A stretch of 64,000 nucleotides of DNA from Promethearchaeota archaeon. GTDB lineage: Archaea; Asgardarchaeota; Lokiarchaeia; Sigyniarchaeales; SOKP01. This document shows, in pieces, positions 9,901-19,966 of this stretch (its first letter is position 1; every line of letters starts with the position of its first letter). Position numbers and translations under genes: made by a program. Under the pieces are notes generated by a model. The model was not told the DNA's origin. It made no database searches and was given only the letters and a program-made list of their open reading frames with translations. Location of the stretch: positions 64,001 to 128,000 of the forward strand of contig JAHLWP010000001.1 of assembly GCA_019057865.1 (NCBI GenBank). The letters are read 5' to 3'.

Positions 9901-12201
9901 TTAAGCTGGAGAAATCTTATCTTCTGCGGCTCTTATGATTTCGAGATAGTAATCAGTATAATATTTGTTTACAATTGTTCGATATCTAGAAAGAAAATCT
10001 GTGATTTCTCGCATCAATGATATAATTTTATTAGGTTCAATTAAAGTTTCAAGTCTTTCTCTGAATTCAGTGAGTTTTGCTCTTACTCCTCGTATAACTT
10101 GTTCTTCTACATCAATAGGAAAGTATTTAGTTACAATTATTTCGGCTTCTTTAAAGAGAGTTGTTTCTCCTTTCCAAGATTTTAGATGTGTACCAAAGCG
10201 ATCTTCAAATGCCTCTGAAAACTTTCGAATACGTTTATGTATTATTGGTAGATCCTTTTCTCCTAATAATGCTGTTGTAGTATAATTTCCATGAAAGAGT
10301 AGTACTTTTTTATCTTCTTGATCTACAGTACGAAGCGCTTTTTTACTACCTGTAGCTTCTCGTACAAAATTAGTAAGTGCTGCAATCATTCCAGATATAA
10401 GAGCAGGATCTTGAATTTCAATTCCAAAAGAATACTCATACAGACTTAAACCGTCTTTTGTTAAAATAAATAAATTTCTCAATGACTTCTGCCAATTTCT
10501 TTGCATGATATATCTGCGGGACACAAAGGCAACAGGAATAGCAGCAAGAGCTATACCTGTTATTAATGCTACATAAAATAATATATCAACTGGTTCTTCT
10601 ATTACAAATGTTGTTGAAAAGTAGGCGATTTCTTCACCATTTGTCCAGAAAATGGTAACTTCATAAGATCCTTTCTTAAATCCTGAACCTAATTTAATCT
10701 CTGAACTACTCATGGTTCCGTTAATTGCAGTCAAACCAGTTTCATTATGAAGTATTTGACCTGAAGAGGATCTTATAATAATCTGTCCAGTTCCTCCCGT
10801 CATTGGTTCATTAAGAGAATTAAATATTTCTGCATCAAGTCTAATTGTCTGGCCTGTTTCAAAAGTGATTTTATCTATAAAATCTCCTCCTTTTTTAAGT
10901 TTAGTACTTATAGTATGACAGTAGTTGGGGGAATGGAAGATTCCCGTATAAGTACCTCGTTCTAAAGGTGGTCCAAAAAGTGTAGTAATTCCATAGTAAG
11001 AATGATTATAAAGATTTATTGGACCAAAAAAGATTTGTTCTACCTCATATCCATAAGGATTATAGAATCCCATAAAATCCCAATCCCTCTCAAATAAAAA
11101 GAAATAACCAAAAGTGAGAATTTCGTATGGATATTCAATAGTCCATTCTATTTTATTTTCATCAACATAGTAAGTTCCAGTTGCATTAATAAGATGAATG
11201 TAAAAAGCTTCAATATAAACTTGGCAAGACTCGATTGTCTGGTTAGTAACTACTGTAATATTAAAATCGGTGGTTACTGGTGCATCGAGAGCGATAGAAT
11301 AATATGCTTCATATCCCATAAATCCCCATGAGCTTGGTTGATAAATTGGATCAATAATTTCATCGTTAATTATATACTTAAGGCCTATATCCGCTGGATT
11401 AACTAATGTTGAATAAGTAAATTTACATAACATATCAACAGTGTCATCATTAGGGATAGGTAACAAATTTACCCCATCAAAACTTCTGGTAATACCTTTA
11501 TTAAAAGTTGAATTTTTATATTGTTCTGCTTTCCAAAAATCGTTAGGGAAAGGAATAGAAGCTTCTCCCGATATAATAATAAAGAGAAAATTATATTTTT
11601 TACCCGGCTCAAAAATATTAGGATGGGGATCGAAAGAAACCCATTCTTGTCTATCCCATTTATGATCTTCTTGATACATCCAATCAATTTCTTCGGTGAA
11701 ATCCTCATTAAAAATTTGAAGGAGCATGTAATACCAATCAAATGGTTCTACTATTAAACTATAATTTAAATAAATTGATATTTCATCTATCGCAATTAAA
11801 TCATCCACCGTAAACTCTTGTGTATATGCTATTGCTGGTGCTAGGCTTATTTGATTAGATATATTGTCTGCTATAATAAATTCCCCCAAATATGATTCAT
11901 TTATAAGATTATCTGTCCAGATTTCCAAATTATTTATTTTATATTCAACACCATTAAAAGATGCATTGTGACGGACGATATTAGTGCTAGATTTTTGATC
12001 CGACCAAAAAGAAAAAGAAGAATTGCGTTCATAATATAGTATTGAGATATCTCCATCATAATCTCCTGTAAATGTATCACCATTTGCAAGATGCAAGCCA
12101 TTTGATGTTTTTAATTGTTCATTTGTAGTATTATATCCTAGATATATAATCGAAAATATAACTAAACAACTAATAACTAAAACTTTTGAGTTTTTAGACA
12201 T
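9901..12201 (-). CDS. Membrane-anchored protein: large extracellular beta-rich region, TM helix, cytoplasmic longin/roadblock-like domain
   Basis: N-terminal hydrophobic signal/anchor, many N-x-S/T sequons, TM 'ILFYVALITGIALAAIPVAFV', then 'LRNLFILTKDGLSLYEYSF...DPALISGMIAALTNFVRE'. Confidence 0.7.
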   Translation of the reverse strand: MSKNSKVLVISCLVIFSIIYLGYNTTNEQLKTSNGLHLANGDTFTGDYDGDISILYYERNSSFSFWSDQKSSTNIVRHNASFNGVEYKINNLEIWTDNLINESYLGEFIIADNISNQISLAPAIAYTQEFTVDDLIAIDEISIYLNYSLIVEPFDWYYMLLQIFNEDFTEEIDWMYQEDHKWDRQEWVSFDPHPNIFEPGKKYNFLFIIISGEASIPFPNDFWKAEQYKNSTFNKGITRSFDGVNLLPIPNDDTVDMLCKFTYSTLVNPADIGLKYIINDEIIDPIYQPSSWGFMGYEAYYSIALDAPVTTDFNITVVTNQTIESCQVYIEAFYIHLINATGTYYVDENKIEWTIEYPYEILTFGYFFLFERDWDFMGFYNPYGYEVEQIFFGPINLYNHSYYGITTLFGPPLERGTYTGIFHSPNYCHTISTKLKKGGDFIDKITFETGQTIRLDAEIFNSLNEPMTGGTGQIIIRSSSGQILHNETGLTAINGTMSSSEIKLGSGFKKGSYEVTIFWTNGEEIAYFSTTFVIEEPVDILFYVALITGIALAAIPVAFVSRRYIMQRNWQKSLRNLFILTKDGLSLYEYSFGIEIQDPALISGMIAALTNFVREATGSKKALRTVDQEDKKVLLFHGNYTTTALLGEKDLPIIHKRIRKFSEAFEDRFGTHLKSWKGETTLFKEAEIIVTKYFPIDVEEQVIRGVRAKLTEFRERLETLIEPNKIISLMREITDFLSRYRTIVNKYYTDYYLEIIRAAEDKISPA

Positions 12202-12550
12202 AATTTAAACCCCATGTAGTACAAAAATTTAATTTAATTATAAAATTAATAAAAATTTCTATATATATAACTAACTTTTAACAAGAATATGTATTCTTTA
12301 TTCTCGTAAGATTCTAACTCTATATTACAAATTTAAATATAGTTTTATAAAACGATCTGGTAAATTTTTGAATTAAAAAATCTTTAAAACACAAATCTTC
12401 GTTCAAATTGTAAAGTCATCAATTATGGTAAATTTTTAAGTATGTAGTTAATATTGTACTGTACCAATTTTATTGGTTTTCAATAATAATCCTAGAATTT
12501 GAAAAAGTGAACTAAGATCCCTTACTTTTTAAGTATTAGAAAGATGGAAC

Positions 12551-13855
12551 TTATAATTTTATTGAAAACGGGAATTCTTTGGTTTCTGTTATTTGGTTTG
12601 AATCGGGATCTTTAAAAGTGGTGTCAATTTTAATGGTATAATCTCCGGCTTCTAAAGGTTTAAGATTAATTTCCCACTTTATATCTTCGTTTGGCTTAAG
12701 AGAATATATTTGTTTCTTTAATGTTCCTCTCATTACTTTCATTTCATCTGGAAAGTCAACTTCCACATTAAGATCTAAGGCCTCTCCTTCACTTTTATTC
12801 TCTAGTAAAATTTCTAATGGAAAAGTTTTGTCAATGAGGGGTGGTCTTAAATTTTTTATTGATACGTCTAATGAGGGAGGAGGAGATATTAGATTTGGGG
12901 TTAAATGTTGAGATGTTGTGTGATAAAAAATCAATTTACCATCCAATTCTGAAGTTAATATAATTGGTCCTATGAAGGGCTTTTCTAATTGAAAATGAGG
13001 CTTAATTTTGAATATCAATTTATTAATTTGTCCTGGTTTTAATATAATGGGCAATTCTGGTTTCTCTTGAGTAGTAAAATTATCAGAAATCTTTATTCCT
13101 ATTTTTGTGATTATTAATTCATTTATTTGATAATTGTAGAATACATAGTCTGAGATTTCTAATAGAGGTTTAGTATTAATTTCTAAAGTCAAAGTTATCA
13201 ATTCATTTGTGGTATATACCTCTTTATCTAGACTTAAATTTGTTTTTAATGAGTTGTAAGTGTTTACCAAAACTAATGCCTTTTTCGCAAGTATTTTTTC
13301 AGGCTCTCGAAAATTAAATTTCTGAAAATCATGCTCTATCTTTTCTAAATACTTAATTTTTTTATCATTTATTGCGATAGTTAAATCTTTGACTAGTCTT
13401 ATTAAACTATTTTCTTTAAAATACCTGTCATCAACATAATTTTTAAATTTTTTAACTAAATTCAAACCCTCTTCCTGTCTTCCTTTAATAAGTAAACATA
13501 AATATGATAAACATGAAAATAATAAGAAATTATAATATCGATCGTTAGAATTTTTTAAATTTGGTACATAATCTAATGCTGTTTTATAGAAATCAAATGC
13601 TTCAATAAAATTATTATTAAAAAGAGATGTCCCCCCGGCATTTCTTAAGGAATCTATACTTTGAAAGAATTTTTCAATTTCTAAATAAGATTTTGCTGCA
13701 TTTAAAAAACATACTTTTGCCGTTTCATAATCCCCTAAATTTACATAAGAATTTCCCAAAGATGTAAAAATTTTTGCAGCTTTTTTATACTGCATTGCAT
13801 TATATAATCGATTAGCTCGATTTAACAATTTTTCAATGTCTTTTCCCATTTTCAA
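12551..13855 (-). CDS. TPR/alpha-solenoid N-terminus plus C-terminal Ig-like (CARDB/BatD-like) domains
   Basis: Helical repeats (AKVCFLNAAKSY, AFDFYKTALDY); C-terminal 'LENKSEGEALDLNV...SLKPNEDIKWEINLKPLEAGDYTI'. Confidence 0.65.
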   Translation of the reverse strand: MKMGKDIEKLLNRANRLYNAMQYKKAAKIFTSLGNSYVNLGDYETAKVCFLNAAKSYLEIEKFFQSIDSLRNAGGTSLFNNNFIEAFDFYKTALDYVPNLKNSNDRYYNFLLFSCLSYLCLLIKGRQEEGLNLVKKFKNYVDDRYFKENSLIRLVKDLTIAINDKKIKYLEKIEHDFQKFNFREPEKILAKKALVLVNTYNSLKTNLSLDKEVYTTNELITLTLEINTKPLLEISDYVFYNYQINELIITKIGIKISDNFTTQEKPELPIILKPGQINKLIFKIKPHFQLEKPFIGPIILTSELDGKLIFYHTTSQHLTPNLISPPPSLDVSIKNLRPPLIDKTFPLEILLENKSEGEALDLNVEVDFPDEMKVMRGTLKKQIYSLKPNEDIKWEINLKPLEAGDYTIKIDTTFKDPDSNQITETKEFPFSIKL

Positions 13856-13886
13856 CTCACTTTAATAAAGAATTAATTATTATTTT

Positions 13887-13955
13887 ATGTGTTAATGGTG
13901 CAACCATTTCTTCAACTGAGTTCTCATTTTTCTAACTCAGAATCATTAGACACAT
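13887..13955 (-). promoter_or_regulatory. Eukaryote-like SECIS element in the 3' UTR of hdrA-mvhD
   Basis: Minus strand: atgtgt-cta-ATGA-T-TCTGAGTT-AGAAAAATGAG-AACTCAGT-TGAA-ga-AATGG-TTGCA-CCATT-a-acacat. AUGA/GA core, 7-bp perfect stem, A-rich apical loop, closing helix; starts 8 nt after the mvhD stop. Confidence 0.88.
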
Positions 13956-13963
13956 TTTTCATT

Positions 13964-14443
13964 CTATTCGGTTTTTTTCTTTTTTTGTCCATTTGAATCC
14001 TTATTTTTTTCTAATAATAAAGATTCCTTTATAGGGTTGCTGCCTAAATTCTCAATGATCTCTGAAATTCTAATCATTTCTTCTTGAAATATCTGACCCT
14101 CTGCAGAGCTGCAATGAAACATTACGATTCTATCTGGTGATAGTCCAGTAGTCTTTAAAATTTCTTTAGCATAATTTACATTTCTTTCTGCTATAAGATT
14201 TCCAGTCTCATAGTCACATTCTCCTTCATATCATCCAGCCACTATAACACCATCAGCACCCTTTCCAATCGCTCGCATCAATAAACTTGGAGTTACTCGA
14301 CCTGTGCAATTTATTCTTACCGGTCTTATTGTTGCAGGATATTGAGCTCGAATTGTCCCTGCCATGTCAGCCCCTCCATATCCTCATTTCCAACAGAGAA
14401 AAGCTAATATTTTTTTATCTCTACTTTCTGTTATTTTTATCAC
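13964..14443 (-). CDS. mvhD: MvhD/VhuD (FlpD family) [2Fe-2S] subunit, selenoprotein with 2 Sec; absent from the ORF track
   Basis: Hand translation: ...KILAFLCWK-U-GYGGADMAG...RINCTGRV...GADGVIVAG-U-YEGECDYETGN...CSSAEG. TGA at 14386-14384 and 14233-14231 occupy conserved Cys positions. TAG stop at 13966-13964. Start GTG 14443 or ATA 14434. Confidence 0.93.
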
Positions 14444-14447
14444 CTCT

Positions 14448-16430
14448 TTATATTTCCTCTAATATTGCATCAATTTGCTTTTCATATTGAGGTTCTCGAT
14501 AATATCTTAAAGTTATTGCTTCTGAAGGGCAATTAGCTAAACAAGATCCACAACCTCTGCATAATATCTCGTTTACTTCCGCTCCATCATCCATTAACTG
14601 TATTGCGTCATAAGGACAATTTAACTCACACAGGCCACACTTCGCGCATTTTTCTTTATCAACTGTAGCACGTATTAATCTTATTCTATAAATTTCTTTC
14701 CCCATTAATCTTGAAAGTGATGATGCCGCCGCTCTACCTTGAACAATTGACTCAGCTATAGATTTAGGGCCTTGAGATACTCCTGCAAGCACAATACCTG
14801 GAATTTTTGTATCTATAGGATTTAATCTTGAATGAAACTCTTTAAAAAATCCATCTTGGCTGGTTTCAAGTTTTAGGATCTTCTGAAGCTTATCGTTACC
14901 TTTTGTTGGAACCATTGATGCTGATAAAACTACTAAATCATATTCGAGTTCTTTTATTCCTAATGATTCTCTAAGAGTATTTTGGATAATGACCTTAATA
15001 TTATGAGTATCAGGATCTTCTTTTAACTTAGAAATATTAGTTCTGATGTATCGAATACCTTCCTTTCGTGATGCAGTAAAATATTCTTCATAACCTTTAC
15101 CAGCAGCTCTTATATCCATATAAGCTACATCAATCTGAGTATCAGGATAATGTTGTTTAATTAATTTCGAGTTCTTAATTGCTATCATACAACAAACACC
15201 TGAACTACAATATGTATTTTTGTTTAAATCTCTTGAACCTACACATTGAATAAATAAAACATTTTTCGGTATTTTACCGTCAGAGGGTCTTACAAGATGC
15301 CCAAGTGTGGGTCCATTAGGAGCTAAAATTCTTTCTAGTTTCAATTCTGTAATTACATTTGGATATATATTATATCCAAGGTAGCCTGTTTCGGGTTCGT
15401 ATTCATCCCACCCTGTTGCTACAAGAACCGATCCTACTTTTAAAGTAACAAGTTCATCTTGTTGATCAAAATTAATTGCATCTAATTCACAGGCTTTCTG
15501 GCATAATCCACATTTAATACATTGGTTCATATCTATTTGAGCTATAGAAGGGACTGCTTGAGCAAAGGAAACATAGATAGCCTTTCTTGGGTTTAATCCT
15601 TCATTGAATTCATCATAACCATAAACAGGGCAAGGTTCGATACATGCTCCACACCCATTACATTCGTTTGTAACATATCGTGCTTTTTTCCTGATTGTTA
15701 CATCAAAGTTTCCCACAAATCCAGATATATCCTCCATTTCACTATAAGTATAAAGATTCAACCCAGGAGTTCTTGTCGCTTGAAGCATGACTGGTCCTAG
15801 AATTCATATACTACAATCATCAGTAGGAAATGTTCGGTCTAACAATGCCATTTTTCCACCTATAGTGGGACTCTTCTCAACTAGATGGACTTCAAATCCT
15901 TGTTCTGCTAAGTCAATAGCAGCAGTTAAACCAGCGACACCCCCACCAATTATTAATGCTTTTTGAGTTATATCTACTTCTTTAATTAAAATTTTCTCTA
16001 AAACAGCAGCTCTAGCGACTCCGGATCTAATGGCATCTTCTGCTACTTTTTGGGCACCAGGTTTATCATCTCGATGTACAAAACTAGCATGTTCTCTAAT
16101 ATTTACAAATTCTAAGTATGAAGGATCTAATCCCATCGACTCTAAAACGCTTTGAAACACAGGTTCATGAGTTATAGGGGTGCATGATGCTACAATTAAT
16201 CTATTTGCATTACTTTCATTCATATTTTCTTTTATAAATTCAGCTCCAGGCTCTGTACAGAGACTAATATAATCAGAAGCTCCAACTACATTAGGTAATG
16301 CTTTTGAAAATTCAACTAGTGCTCTGCAATCAATTATTTCAGCAATATTAATACCTCACTGACAGACAGCAACATAAATTTTCGGTATTTCTCCGATATC
16401 TTTAATTTCTTCGTGTTTGGTTTCTACCAT
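14448..16430 (-). CDS. hdrA: Heterodisulfide reductase subunit A, selenoprotein with 2 Sec (660 aa)
   Basis: One frame from ATG 16430: 'YVAVCQ-U-GINIA' (TGA 16358-16356) and 'FPTDDCSI-U-ILGPVM' (TGA 15806-15804). Joins track ORFs 15804-16223 and 14448-15788. GGGVAG FAD motif, QCVGSRD, ferredoxin motifs. Confidence 0.95.
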
Positions 16431-16613
16431 TGCATATCATTCCATTATGTAATTTTTGTTTGTCCTCCAAAAATTCGTATTTTTTTTAATTATAAATCTA
16501 AATATTATATTTTAATTAAATAAATTTAAATCAAAAATGTTTGTATATAAAAATAAGCTTAAAAATTATTTTAAAAATAAGCTTAAAACTTTAAAATTAA
16601 TTTTATTGGAAAA

Positions 16614-17042
16614 ATGATGCTAATGATATTCCAAGATGAACCTCCCTTAATTGAGGAATATATACCACTCATTGCGATAGCAGTATTATTAGTTGCTGAT
16701 ATTTTTATTCTAAAGATTGGTTTAATGATGACTAAAGCACAATCAAAACGAAATTTAAAATGGGTTGCTATAAGTTTTTTAATTCAATTTGGAGTCATTT
16801 TCTTTATTAGTTTACCAACATTTTTAATGGGTATGACTGGAGCATACGATGAAGGTCCAGATCCAGGTATTATTATCCCAATTATATTACTCTCATTATT
16901 TATAGACATAAATATAATTAATGTATTACATAAAATTGGCATTAAACGATCAGTAATTGTTGCATTCTTAATTTTGGTTCCAATTATTTTAGCAATGGTC
17001 ATTTTAGGGGATTTCATGTCACCTGCACCAAATGGTGCTTAA
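16614..17042 (+). CDS. Hypothetical 4-TM membrane protein
   Basis: Four hydrophobic helices, no recognisable motif. Confidence 0.7.
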   Translation: MMLMIFQDEPPLIEEYIPLIAIAVLLVADIFILKIGLMMTKAQSKRNLKWVAISFLIQFGVIFFISLPTFLMGMTGAYDEGPDPGIIIPIILLSLFIDINIINVLHKIGIKRSVIVAFLILVPIILAMVILGDFMSPAPNGA

Positions 17043-17048
17043 AGATTT

Positions 17049-17972
17049 CTAAAATCCAATTTCTTTATTGATAGTCTTGTTCATATAAACAATTTCATCT
17101 CTAGCAGCTTTACTAAATCTTTCTGGAGCACATTTTCTATCTTTATTATATGCAAACATCACTCCACGAGAAGAATTAACAATCCCTCCTAAACCATTTT
17201 TTTTAAATCCATATTTTATATCGATTGCCTGAGCACCCTGTGCTCCATAGCCAGGGATTAATATAAAAGAATTTTCCACTATTTCTCTAATTCTTTTTAG
17301 CTCATTTGGATAAGTAGCACCAACTACAACCCCTAAATTATGAAAATCAGAACGCTTTCTTTCAAGGTTTAATCCCCAATTATATACTAACCTTGCCATT
17401 TTGATATAATTTCTTTCTAATTTAATAGATTCAATTTCAATTTCTGTCTGTGAATTTGGAATGTTTTCAATCTTAGCAGAAAACAAATCTTGAAAATTAT
17501 GACTGCTTGGATTTGAAGTTTTTACAATAATAAATAGTCCTTTTTCTTTATAATCCAAAAATGGTTTAACTCCATCGATTCCAAAATATGCATTTATAGT
17601 ACATGCATCTGCTTTATAGATATTGTATGTAGCATCTGCATAAGCTTTTGAGGTTGTTCCAATATCATTACGTTTTGAATCTAATATTACTAATAAATCA
17701 TTTTTATGAGCAAATTTAATAGTTTCCTTTAAAGCATTTAAAGCTTCATATTTTTCATAAAAAGCAATCTGTGGTTTAATTACTGGAATTAAATCATAAG
17801 TATTTTCAATTAATTCTTTATTAAATTCTAAAATAATTTTATCAGGGTGTTTATATTCTTCAATTAAATATTTGGGTATTTCTCCTTCGTTATCCATTCT
17901 GGGATCGAGTCCCATAGAAACAACGCTTCTCTTTTCCTTTATTAATTGAATTAATTGTTCAATAAAATGCAT
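17049..17972 (-). CDS. pyrF: Orotidine-5'-phosphate decarboxylase
   Basis: MGLDP, KPQIAFYE, DSKRNDIGTT, KTSNP, VVGAT, LIPGYGAQG, NSSR. Confidence 0.95.
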   Translation of the reverse strand: MHFIEQLIQLIKEKRSVVSMGLDPRMDNEGEIPKYLIEEYKHPDKIILEFNKELIENTYDLIPVIKPQIAFYEKYEALNALKETIKFAHKNDLLVILDSKRNDIGTTSKAYADATYNIYKADACTINAYFGIDGVKPFLDYKEKGLFIIVKTSNPSSHNFQDLFSAKIENIPNSQTEIEIESIKLERNYIKMARLVYNWGLNLERKRSDFHNLGVVVGATYPNELKRIREIVENSFILIPGYGAQGAQAIDIKYGFKKNGLGGIVNSSRGVMFAYNKDRKCAPERFSKAARDEIVYMNKTINKEIGF

Positions 17973-18197
17973 AATGAGAATAGATTCATGAGTATTTTAA
18001 ATAATCTTGGCAATGCATTTAATAATTATTGATAAATGAATGACAAAATTTTAGAAATTTTTGACAATGATATTAAATTATTCAATCTCGTAAAATTTTT
18101 CGTCTAAATATAAATAGGAAGTGGTTTCTAAAAAAATTAGCGATGGGAGTTGACTTTTTTAATAATTATTGGGAATGAATCTAATAATATTTAGGAA

Positions 18198-18350
18198 TCA
18201 TTTGATTTTTTCAGTTATACAGTCTTTTATTTCCTCCACGATCCAACTGTATCGAGCAGGATTCGAAATGCCCTTAATAAGTTTTTCGACTTTTTCTTTT
18301 GGATAATTGATTAATAAATAATCATATAAAATCTGTAATCCTTCTCTCAC
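18198..18350 (-). CDS. Possible small hypothetical ORF (50 aa) or gene remnant
   Basis: GTG...MREGLQILYDYLLINYPKEKVEKLIKGISNPARYSWIVEEIKDCITEKIK-TGA; in frame with the upstream DUF166 ORF. Confidence 0.35.
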   Translation of the reverse strand: MREGLQILYDYLLINYPKEKVEKLIKGISNPARYSWIVEEIKDCITEKIK

Positions 18351-18356
18351 TTTATT

Positions 18357-19082
18357 TCACAATATTTTCATTTCAGTTTTATTTTTGTATTCTTGATTCA
18401 AATTTTTAATAAATTCTTGCAACTCATTATTGAACATGGTTCTTTTTTCAGGAGCAATACAATTTATAAAGGAAAGAATGTGAATGATTCCTGATACTTC
18501 TTTATCGCAAGTATGACCAAAGCGAGGGGCTCTACATTCATGACATACTGTTAAAGCATAATCCTGAAAATTTTTTTTACTTAACTTTTTATTTAACATG
18601 AAATTTGCTCCCACAGCTGAGGAGCCGCATGGGGATGATCTTAAAACCGTTACATTTAAAATTTTCGTCTCCTTGTCTAAATTTAATTCAAAAAGAGGTT
18701 TTCCAAAATATTTTGCGAAAGTATCAATCTCTGGAATTCCTGTATTCGGTTCTAAAGAACACATGGTTCGAGGACCAACTACTTTAGGATTAATATTTCT
18801 AGCTTGCTTTAATAAGCCAAGACCAGGTGTTATGCCTAAGATTAATGGTTTTTGGAGTCCAGCTAGTTCCAAAATGATATCTGGATGCCGAACATATGAT
18901 AAATAAAGCTCGCACTCCGGTATATCAAGATAAATATCATCATCTAACATAACTGTTGGAGGGATATCTGGAACTAATATCCATTCTACATCAAAATGCT
19001 TTTTAGTGTTTTCAAAAGCTCTTTCACCATATTTTCCATCAGATACAATACCAATCTTAATTTTGCTTTTATCCTTTTCCAT
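18357..19082 (-). CDS. DUF166-family protein
   Basis: GKYGERA, HPDI, PRTMCSL, FGKP, VLRSSPCGS, CHECRAPR pattern; last gene of the DGC operon. Confidence 0.7.
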   Translation of the reverse strand: MEKDKSKIKIGIVSDGKYGERAFENTKKHFDVEWILVPDIPPTVMLDDDIYLDIPECELYLSYVRHPDIILELAGLQKPLILGITPGLGLLKQARNINPKVVGPRTMCSLEPNTGIPEIDTFAKYFGKPLFELNLDKETKILNVTVLRSSPCGSSAVGANFMLNKKLSKKNFQDYALTVCHECRAPRFGHTCDKEVSGIIHILSFINCIAPEKRTMFNNELQEFIKNLNQEYKNKTEMKIL

Positions 19083-19122
19083 TTAAATACTTTATGATAT
19101 TTTAATTTTTATCAATTCATTA

Positions 19123-19542
19123 TTATTTACTTTGAAATAATTCATCCACTTTTTTCGCTATTTCTTCAGCAATTATTTCAGCAAGTTTCATACCATCCTT
19201 TCCTAAATCTTCGCGGGATTTTGGCTTTAGTTCTGGATGTGTTCCGGCAATCTCTTGAATATATATGGTTGCTGCAGGCTTACCACTATATTTATCAACA
19301 GCAATTTTAGCACATTCCTCTTCACATCCTTCTATTGTTATCGTTGGATTATTTTTTGCAAAGTCCCTCTCCTGTTGCCCACCATGCCTTTCTAACCCAC
19401 CTGCCATAAATAAGGGTTGACATAAAATAATCGTATTATTTGGTCGTAATTTTTCAACAACTATTCTCGCAGCTGCGCGACTTAAAGTGCCTCCAACTAA
19501 TTTTTCACCACTACAAGCAATAATTCCAACCTTTTTTTTCAT
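19123..19542 (-). CDS. DGC-domain (putative zinc-binding) protein
   Basis: IACSG...ILCQP...IEGCEEECA. Confidence 0.8.
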   Translation of the reverse strand: MKKKVGIIACSGEKLVGGTLSRAAARIVVEKLRPNNTIILCQPLFMAGGLERHGGQQERDFAKNNPTITIEGCEEECAKIAVDKYSGKPAATIYIQEIAGTHPELKPKSREDLGKDGMKLAEIIAEEIAKKVDELFQSK

Positions 19543-19965
19543 TTAATCGTCCCTCTCCATGTTTTTTTCTAATAATTTATCAACTTCAGCAGCCACCTTT
19601 TCTGCTAATTTTATCGACAATTGCTTAGTATTTTCTCCAACCGGAATAATTGAAGGTTCTGGTTTTAAATCCCTATTTTCCTTTACAATATCAGTAGTCA
19701 AAAAATGAGCATCCACTTTTCCAACAGCTTCCATTAAATCATTATAAGAACATTTTAGGGGGCATCCATCTAAGGCGATTACTTTATTTTCCTTTATTGC
19801 CTCAATGACTTCCTTTTTACCTTTTACTATTAAAGGTAAGCATTCTAAATTGGTCTTATCCTTCGCTAATTCGTTAACGACTATATATGCTGTTTTTCTG
19901 CCAATGCTTCCAAAAACTTTTCCAATTCCGCTACACGGAATAATATAAACTTTCTTTTCACTCAT
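19543..19965 (-). CDS. DGC-domain (putative zinc-binding) protein
   Basis: IPCSG...LECLP...LDGCPLKCS. Confidence 0.85.
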   Translation of the reverse strand: MSEKKVYIIPCSGIGKVFGSIGRKTAYIVVNELAKDKTNLECLPLIVKGKKEVIEAIKENKVIALDGCPLKCSYNDLMEAVGKVDAHFLTTDIVKENRDLKPEPSIIPVGENTKQLSIKLAEKVAAEVDKLLEKNMERDD

Positions 19966-19966
19966 C

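Noticed and set aside
13964-16430. hdrA/mvhD as pseudogenes, or genome-wide UGA reassignment
   Set aside because: All four interruptions are TGA at conserved Cys sites with a SECIS, and many other genes here end normally at TGA.
18198-18359. The DUF166 TGA stop is followed in frame by 52 open codons (possible Sec read-through)
   Set aside because: The context KIL-UGA-NK is not a Cys-type motif and I found no AUGA/GA SECIS with the UUGCR hairpin downstream. A separate GTG-start ORF or remnant explains it.
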